Of a DNA stretch of 28,622 nucleotides, positions 18,260 through 27,200 are shown in pieces. The DNA is from Candidatus Latescibacterota bacterium (GTDB lineage Bacteria; Latescibacterota; UBA2968). Position numbers and translations under genes: made by a program. The first letter of the stretch is position 1. Each line of letters opens with the position of its first letter. Location: assembly GCA_038279365.1 (NCBI GenBank), contig JAYODI010000014.1, forward strand, positions 38,508 to 67,129. Reading direction: 5' to 3'. The notes under the pieces are model-generated. The model did not search any database, was not told the origin of the DNA, and worked only from the letters and a program-made list of their open reading frames with translations.

Positions 18260-21200
18260 ATGTTTCGACTCGATCACTTTAGCCATAACAGTTTTATAAA
18301 TCATTCGAATTCTGTAAGAAGGCGTTTGTCAAAAAGCAAGGGACTGGCATTGTTGCTGACCCTTGTGTTTTGTTTGATAGACAGTTATGGGACTGTTTGT
18401 CAGGCTCAGACCTATACCGATGTTGCCAGCAGTGCTGGAGTGGTAACTGCATTGGCGGGTCGTGGATTAAACGCTGCTGATTACGATGGTGACGGCGATT
18501 TGGATTTTTATTTGAATGGGGTCAGTGTCGCCAATGTTTTATACCGCAACAATGGCGATGGCACGTTCACCAATGTGGCCAGTACGGCACTTGTAAACGA
18601 TGCTGGCGCTTCTCACGGTGCCTCGTGGGCAGATTTTGATAATGATGGGGATTTGGATGTTTTTGTGGCAAATATTGGGGGTGCAAACCGCTTATATCGC
18701 AACAATGGCGATGGCACGTTTACAGATATCGGCAGCAGTGCGGGCATTCAAGATGCCGCCACCCAAAGCAACTCCTCGCCCTGGGGTGACTTTGATGGCG
18801 ATGGTGATCTGGATATCTATGTAGCGAACAATGGCACCGATGTGAGTCGATTGTATCGCAATAACGGGGACAACACCTTCACCGATATTGCTTCAAGCGC
18901 GGGGGTCAGTGGCAGTGGCATCAACAACAAAGCAGGTTCTTCGTGGTCAGATTATGATGGCGATGGTGATCTGGATATTTATGTCTCAAGTGCCAGCACG
19001 ACCAATCTTTTGTTTCGCAATGACGGCGGGAATACATTCACGGAAGTAGGCAGTGCCGCTGGTGTTGGGAACTCGGGGGCTTCTCAAACTCATGTTTGGG
19101 GCGATTTTGATAACGATAGTGATTTCGATCTTTATGTCACATATCAAGATTCCAGTACGCCGAATTCGTTGTATCGCAATAACGGGGATGGAACGTTTAC
19201 AGATATATCAGGCACCGCAGGCGTAGGGGCTACCGTTATTGGACGTGGCACAATCATGGCGGATTACGATCTGGACGGAGATTTGGACATTTACGTTTCG
19301 AATCAGGGCTCTGCAAACTTGCTCTATCGCAACAATGGGGACAATACATTTACAGATATCGCCAGCTCCGAAGGCGTTGCAAATGGAACCAATAACAGTG
19401 GTGGTGCCGTGTGGGCTGATTTTGACAATGATAATGATTTGGATCTTTTTTTACGTAATGATACCCAATCCAATGCCTTGTTTCAAAATGCTGGCAATGC
19501 CAACAACTGGCTCCACGTAAAATTGGATGATGTGGTAGGACCACCAAGTGGTGTAGGTGCTCGTATCATTGCTGTGAGCACGGGGTTGCGGCAAGTGCGA
19601 GAACCCGATGGTGGCTCAGGCTACCTTGCACAAAATGCCCTTCCGATTGAATTCGGATTTGGCGGAACAACAACAATCGATTCTTTGATTGTGCATTGGC
19701 CCTCTGGTATCACATTTGACACCACCAATGTGGCAACGAATCAGGCTCTGACGATTGAAGAAAATTTGACGACGTTTACGGAGATGGCGACCTCCGCAGG
19801 GGTTGATGATTCTGGTGATGATGAGGGTGTTGCTGTAGGCGACTTTGATGGGGATGGTGATCTCGATATTTTTGTAGCAGTCAGTAGTGCTGCCAATTTT
19901 TTGTATCAAAATAATGGATCAAACTCTTTTGCAAATATTGCAAATGCAGCAGGTGTCGACGATGCCACAGATACCCGCAGCGCTGCCTGGGGTGATTATG
20001 ATGGTGACGGAGATTTAGATATTTATGCCACTGTTGTGGGGGGTAACAATTCATTGTATCGAAATAATGGGAACAGCACATTTACTGATCAGGGTGGCCC
20101 TACTGGCACCAATGATTCAGGCAATGGGCTTGCTGTGAGTTGGGTGGATTTTGATAATGATGGGGATCTGGATATTTCTGTGGGTACATCTCAGGTCGCG
20201 AATCGGCTTTACCAGAATGATGGTGGTGGCACGTTTACTGATATTGGAGGCATGGGTGGTGGCACAAACCTAATCCACTATGCAATTGGTTGGGCAGATT
20301 TTGATGATGATGGTGACCAAGACGCTTATATGAAAGATGGTGACTCTGGCGGTGGGTTTGCCGTTGGACAACTGTTTCGAAATGATGGTGGGGGGAGCTT
20401 TACTGATATTGGGGTTTCTGCCGGTGTTCAAGGTACCAGTGGCGTAACTTTGGGTGTGTCCTGGGGTGATTACGACAATGACGGAGATTTGGACCTTTAC
20501 CTCGCCAATACAAATGTGGCCAATGACCTCTTTTTAAACAATGGCAACAACACATTTACCAATGTCGCTACAACATTAGGGGTTGATGATACGGGAGAAA
20601 GTTATGGGGGACTTTGGGCAGACTACAACAGTGATGGCGATCTGGATTTGTATGTGCCTCTTGTTGGAACTGCAGACTTATTTTTTGACAACGATGGCAA
20701 TACATTTGTAGAAATCGGTACTCCAATAGGCATTGTTGACAATACTGGCAATTCTCGGGGCGCTACAGTTGCTGATTTCGATGGTGATGGTGACCTCGAT
20801 ATTTTTAAGGCCAAGAATGGATCAGCCAATAAATATTGGCGCAATGATGGGCCAATTGGTCGATATCTCAACATTAAGCTTACGGGCACTGTTAGTAACA
20901 ATTTAGGAATTGGTGCTGTTGTGCGTGCCTGGAATGGAGGCAATGTTCAACGCCGTGATTTGGATGGAGGGGCAGGTTATCCCACGCGACCAACTTCTCA
21001 GATACAATTTGGTTTTGATGGCAACACGACCACCATTGACTCACTGACTGTCGATTGGCCATCTGGTACGCATCAAAAACTTACCACTGAGCCAACCAAT
21101 CAAGTTTTGTCACTGACGGAACCTAGTCCACCAGAAGGCAACTTTGCTTATGGATTAGATTTTGATGGCACGGATGATGCGGTAACCGTTCCAGATGCAT

Positions 21201-24200
21201 CATCATTGGATTTAACAACAGCTTTGTCCTTGGAAGCTTGGGTCAAGGTTCCTACTTTGCCTGGTGCAACGCAAGCCATTGTTTCTAAGGCACGGAATGC
21301 TTCGGGTGCTGGTTATGCTTTGCTGGTGCACACCAGTGGTATTATCATATTCAACCTGAATGACAATACGACCAACATTGAAGCTGTTTCACCAACAAAT
21401 ACGTTGGTCGCGAACCAGTGGATGCACATTGCGGGGACATGGGACGGAACAACCGCCAAATTGTATGTTGATGGAATCCTCGTTGCGACTCAGGCGGCTT
21501 CGATTACCTTGCAAAACAGCACCGAAGATCTTCGTATCGGCCAATTTGCCTCTGGGTTAGCTTGGACATTGTTAGGTGCCGTTGACGAAGTGCGTGTGTG
21601 GAATGATGAGCGCACCCGATCTGAAATTACAACTTACATGAATACCGTGGTGGCGAGCAACGAAGCTGGGTTGGTCGCCTATTGGCGTTTGGATGACGGG
21701 ATGGGTACGACGGTGGAAGACTTAACGGCCAATAGCAATGACGGCACCATGGTCAATATGAGTTCTTCAACCGATTGGGTGGGGGCAATTCACGATCATC
21801 AGATAGTTGTGAATGCGCCGTCCGTTTATACGGGCGTTTTACCCGCAACCGATCCGGATGGTGATCCCCTTACGTTTAGTATTCAGGTGGATGGAAATAA
21901 AGGGGCGGCGGTTGTCACCAACGCATCGACAGGTGCTTTTACTTATACACCAATCGATGGTAGTGGTGGTGCAGATAGCTTCACCTATCGCATAACGGAT
22001 GGCACGTATAATGTCGATAAAGTTGTGAAGGTGTTGAATATCTCCGCCACATTTACAGAAGTAGCCAATTCACTTGGTTTGGACCATTCTGGAAACGCAA
22101 AAGGGTCTTGGGTTGACTTTGATGGCGACAGTGATTTGGATCTGTTCTTAGCCACAGACGGTGGTGCAAATGTGCTTTATCGCAACGATGCGGGAACTTG
22201 GAATGATGTGACGTCGGCAGCGGGTGTGGTTGACGCCAACAGTGCAACAGATATTGCTTGGGGTGATTTGGATAATGATGGTGATTTGGATGCTTATTTA
22301 CCGCTACAGGGAATTGCGAATAAACTGTATCGGAATAACAACGATGGTACTTTTACGGAAGTCGGTGGAACCGCAGGAGTAGGTAATGGCAGTACACAGG
22401 GCTTTACAACGGCATTTGCAGACTACGATCGAGATGGTGATCTGGATATCCATTTGGGAAACAATGCGACAGCCAATGTGTTGTTCCGAAATGATGGCGG
22501 TTTAACCTTTACTGCGACCTCTGAGATGACGGATGCGGGTAATGCACGGTCTGGGTCTTGGGGTGATTATAATAATGATGGCTATCCAGATTTATATCTC
22601 TCCAATTTCTCACAGGCAAATGTTCTGTATCAAAACAATGCAGATGGCACATTTACGGATGTTGCGTCTGGACAGAGCATGAATGATGTGTCGAATGGCA
22701 GTGGTTCAAGTTGGGGCGACTTTGACAATGATGGTGATTTAGATCTTGCCGTAGTCATGACGAGTACGGCCAAGCATCTGTGGCGCAACGATGGCGGAGG
22801 GACATTTACAGACATTGGTGTCGCGTCAGGGGTCGCTGATGCATCTGATGATGATTACTCGTCTTCTTGGGCAGATTTTGACGCTGATGGAGACTTGGAT
22901 TTATACGTCACCACAGCAAAATTAAACCAACTCTTTTTAAATAACGGAGATAACACCTTTATAAATGTCGCCACGATAACAGGCACCACGGGAAATAACA
23001 CTGTCGATCAAGCAGGTGTTTGGGGTGATTATGATGGCGATGGCGATCTCGATCTTTATGTGTCAGTAAACGGCGCAAGTAATCTGTTGTTTCGCAATGA
23101 TGGCAACAGCAATCGTTGGCTTTCTGTGAATTTGCAAGGTAGCAATCACATTGATGGTATCGGGGCAAAAGTCATTACTGTTATCTCTGGGTTGCGCCAG
23201 TTACGGGAAGTCAACAATGGTGATGGACTTTACGGACAAAGTTCGATCTCACAAGCGTTTGGGTTTGGATCAACAACAACCGTCGATTCACTCATTATCA
23301 AATGGCCTTCTGGCAAAACCTTTGATACGACCAATGTTGCAACCAACCAAGTGTTGACGTTGGCTGAGCCTGAGGTTGTATCTTTTATTGAAATTGCGGG
23401 TACTGCTGGGGTGAACAGTGCATCCAATGAAATGGGTGCGGTGTTGGGTGACTTTGATGGAGATGGGGATCAAGATATTTTTGTTCCTGCAAGTTCAACC
23501 GCAAACAGGTTGTATCGCAACGATGGTGCGCTGTCCTTTACTGATATTGCTTCCAGTGCGGGTGTGGCAACAACAACCGATGAACGGGGCGCATCTTGGG
23601 GTGACTACGACAATGATGGCGACTTGGACCTCTACGTTACCCAAGTGAGTGGTGCCAACTTCTTATATCAAAATAACGGGGATAACACATTTACAGATGT
23701 GGCGTCTGCTGCGGGCGTAGCCAACACCAACAACGGACAAAGTGTTTCTTGGGTAGACTTTGACCGCGATGGCGACGTGGATATTCATGTGACCGTCACC
23801 AGTGGTGTTGCCTCTGTCCTGTATCAAAATGATGGAACGGGGAACTTTACAGATGTGGCGTCAGCGGCGGGAGTTAACACTGCAACAAATGACGTTTCCG
23901 TTACGTGGGTTGACTTTGATCAAGATGGCGATATCGACTTTTATCAAGCCATCAATACAGGCGCCGTCAACAATCTGTTTAGCAACAATGGTGATGGTAC
24001 GTTTACAGATGTAGCATCTGGTGCAGGGGTTACGGGTGCTGCTGGAGACAACACCGAAGGGGCTGCTTTTGCAGACTTTAACAACGATGGATATCCAGAC
24101 CTTTATGTGGGGAATTCTTCTGTAGCAAACAAACTCTTTAAGAACAATGGGAATGGCACCTTTACAGATGTTGCGACAACGGCAAATGTAAACACACCTT

Positions 24201-27200
24201 CAGGTTATGGCATAGCTTGGGGAGATGCCGATAATGATGGGTATTTAGACCTTTTTGTCACACGACCCAGTGGTGCGGAAAAGTTTTATCTCAACAACAC
24301 CGATGAGACATTTCTCGATTGGACTGGCATTGGAAATCTGACAGGTTCGGGTGCAGGAAGGGGAGCCGCTTTTGGTGACTTAGATGCCGATGGTGACCTT
24401 GATTTGTATGTGTCGTATTATGGGGCGGCAAACCGTTTGTATCAAAACAATGGGAATACCAATAGATATTTGCATGTGGTTCTCAATGGGTCGATAAGCA
24501 ATGCCAATGGTTTGGGTGCTCAAATTACAGCTGTTACGGGTGGTCTGCGTCAAACGCACTACGTAGATGGGGGTTCGGGTCAATTTTCACAACCATCTAT
24601 ACCTGTAGAGTTTGGATTTGGTACGATAACAACAGTGGACTCGCTGATAGTTGATTGGCCTTCGGGTAAACAGTTTGATACGACCAATGTCGCGACAAAC
24701 CAGGTTTTGACCATTGTTGAACCCCCACCAACTTTTACCGATGTTGCGGCAACTGCAGGTGTTGATGTTGCAGGCAATACTGCGGGTGCGGCTTGGGGGG
24801 ATTATGATGCAGATGGCGATCTTGATTTATTTGTTTCTGATGGCGGGTCTGCAAACCTTATGTATGAGAACGCTGCCGGTGTCTTTACGGATGTGGCAAC
24901 CGCCAAAGGGTTAGACGATGCAGGTCAAAGTGAGGGGGTTGTTTGGGTTGACTATGACAATGATGGTGATCTTGACCTTTATCTTGCACAGGGCAGTACT
25001 TCGACAAGTCGGTTGTATCAAAACAGTGGCAGTGCAACATTCACTGAGGTCGGTTCTGCGGCAGGTGTAGCAACGTCAAGCTCTGACTTGACTGTTTCTT
25101 GGGCAGACTACGACAATGACGGTGATGCAGACTTTTACTTAGGTGTTCATGCAGGGGCAGACTATTTATTCAAAAACAACGGGAATGGTACGTTTACCAA
25201 TGTTGCAGGAACCGACATTCCTACAAACAGTACAAATGCACGAGGGGTGGCCTGGGCCGATTACGACGGAGATGGTGACCCTGACCTTTTTGTAACGAAC
25301 TTATCAACCGACCCGAATTTGCTTTTCTCCAATGATGGAGATGGCACGTTTACAGAAGTTGGTGCCACTGCAGGTGTCAATGATACGGGTGAAAGTTATG
25401 GCGCTGCATGGGGTGACTTTGATAACGATGGTGACTTTGACCTTTATATGTCAAATGGGGTTGTGGGAACTAACCGGTTGTATCAAAACAATGGAAATGC
25501 AACCTTCACGGACATCGGTAGCAGTGCAGGTGTGGATAACACGGCCAACAGCAGAGGGCCAGCCTGGGTAGATATTGATAATGATGGTGACCTCGATCTT
25601 TATGATGTGGCCGACGGCGCCAACATTCTCTATGAAAACCAAGGCAACAATACATTTTTGAATCGGACGGTTGCCACCGGACTTGGGGGATTGTCATCTG
25701 CAGACACTTACGGAAGTGCATGGGCGGATTATGATAATGATGGTGATTTAGATGCCTATGTGGTGAATGTAGCTGGTGGTGTCAATTTGCTTTATCGCAA
25801 CAATGGGAATACCAACAATTGGTTGCAAGTTGCTTTATCCGCAAATGCAAGCAATGCGTCGGCAATGAATGCTGTGGTTAAAACGGTTGCTGGAGGTTTG
25901 GTTCAATATCGTCAAATTGATGGCGGAAGTGGTCTGTATACTCAAGGTTCATTGGCTCTCGAATTTGGTTTGGGGGGGGCAAGCACTGCCGACTCCATCA
26001 TCGTTTTTTGGCCTTCTGGTAAAATCTTTGATACCACCAATGTTGCAGTGAATCAGAGCCTGACTATTGAAGAGAATTTGACGGCGTTTACTGCGGTCAC
26101 TGGGTCGCCAATTAATATCAACCAAACGGGCGCGTTTGCGGTTTCCTGGGTGGATTATGATGTTGATGGCGACTTTGATCTTTACGCTGGGTATAACAAC
26201 ACGGTTAATAGGTTGATTCGCAACGATGGTGGTGGCACGTTTGTAGACGTTTCAGCGGCGCCAGTAAATAATGGTGGGGCTACATTTGGAGCGGCTTGGG
26301 GAGACTACGACAGCGATGGCGACCCAGATCTGTATATGGTCAATTCTGGAACGGCCAACTTCCTGTTCCGCAACGATGGTGGGGGCACATTTACCGATCA
26401 AACTTCTGGCCCACTTGGAGACACGGGCATTGGACGAGGTGTTGGTTGGTTTGACTATGACAACGATGGTGATCTGGATCTTTATCTTTCAAATTATACG
26501 TCGAGCAATCGTCTATTTCGCAACGATGGCGGTGGAACGTTTGTTGATGTGGGGGGAACCACAGCCAATACGGGGGCAAATACTGGGATGGGGTTGGGGG
26601 ATTATGACGACGATGGCGATGTAGATATTTATGTCACATCCATTGCAAGTGAAGCCAATGCTTTGTACCGTAATAATGGAGATGGCACATTTACAACACA
26701 AACGGGTGTGATGGATGACACGGTAAACGGTCAATCACCTGTGTGGGGAGATTATGATAATGATGGGGATTTGGATCTCTACATTGGTAACCTTGGCTCA
26801 GCGGATAAGTTGTATCGCAACAATGGAGACAATACCTTTACAGATATTTCAACAAGCTCCAATGTTCTAAACCCTAATAGCGGAACCTCTGTTGCAGTAG
26901 CAGACTACGACAACGATGGTGATTTGGATGTCTATGTATCGATCTCCCCAAGTGCAAACAATATTCTCTATTTGAACAGTGGCAATGGTGTATTTGGTGA
27001 TGTGGCAAACGGTTTGGGAGTGGTTGGTTCTTCGAATAGCCAAGGTGCAAGTTGGGGCGATTATGATGGGGATGGGGACCTTGACCTTTACGTTATGGAA
27101 GAGGCATCCCCAAATCATCTTTATCGAAATGATGGCAATTCCAATGGGTATTTGGGGGTCGATTTAAGCGGAACGATTAGCAACATAGATGGTGTTGGAG

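Noticed and set aside
18311-18335. Tat signal (RRR) in the giant protein
   Set aside because: SVRRRLSK lacks the S/T-R-R-x-F-L-K consensus, and folded export of a >3400 aa protein is implausible.
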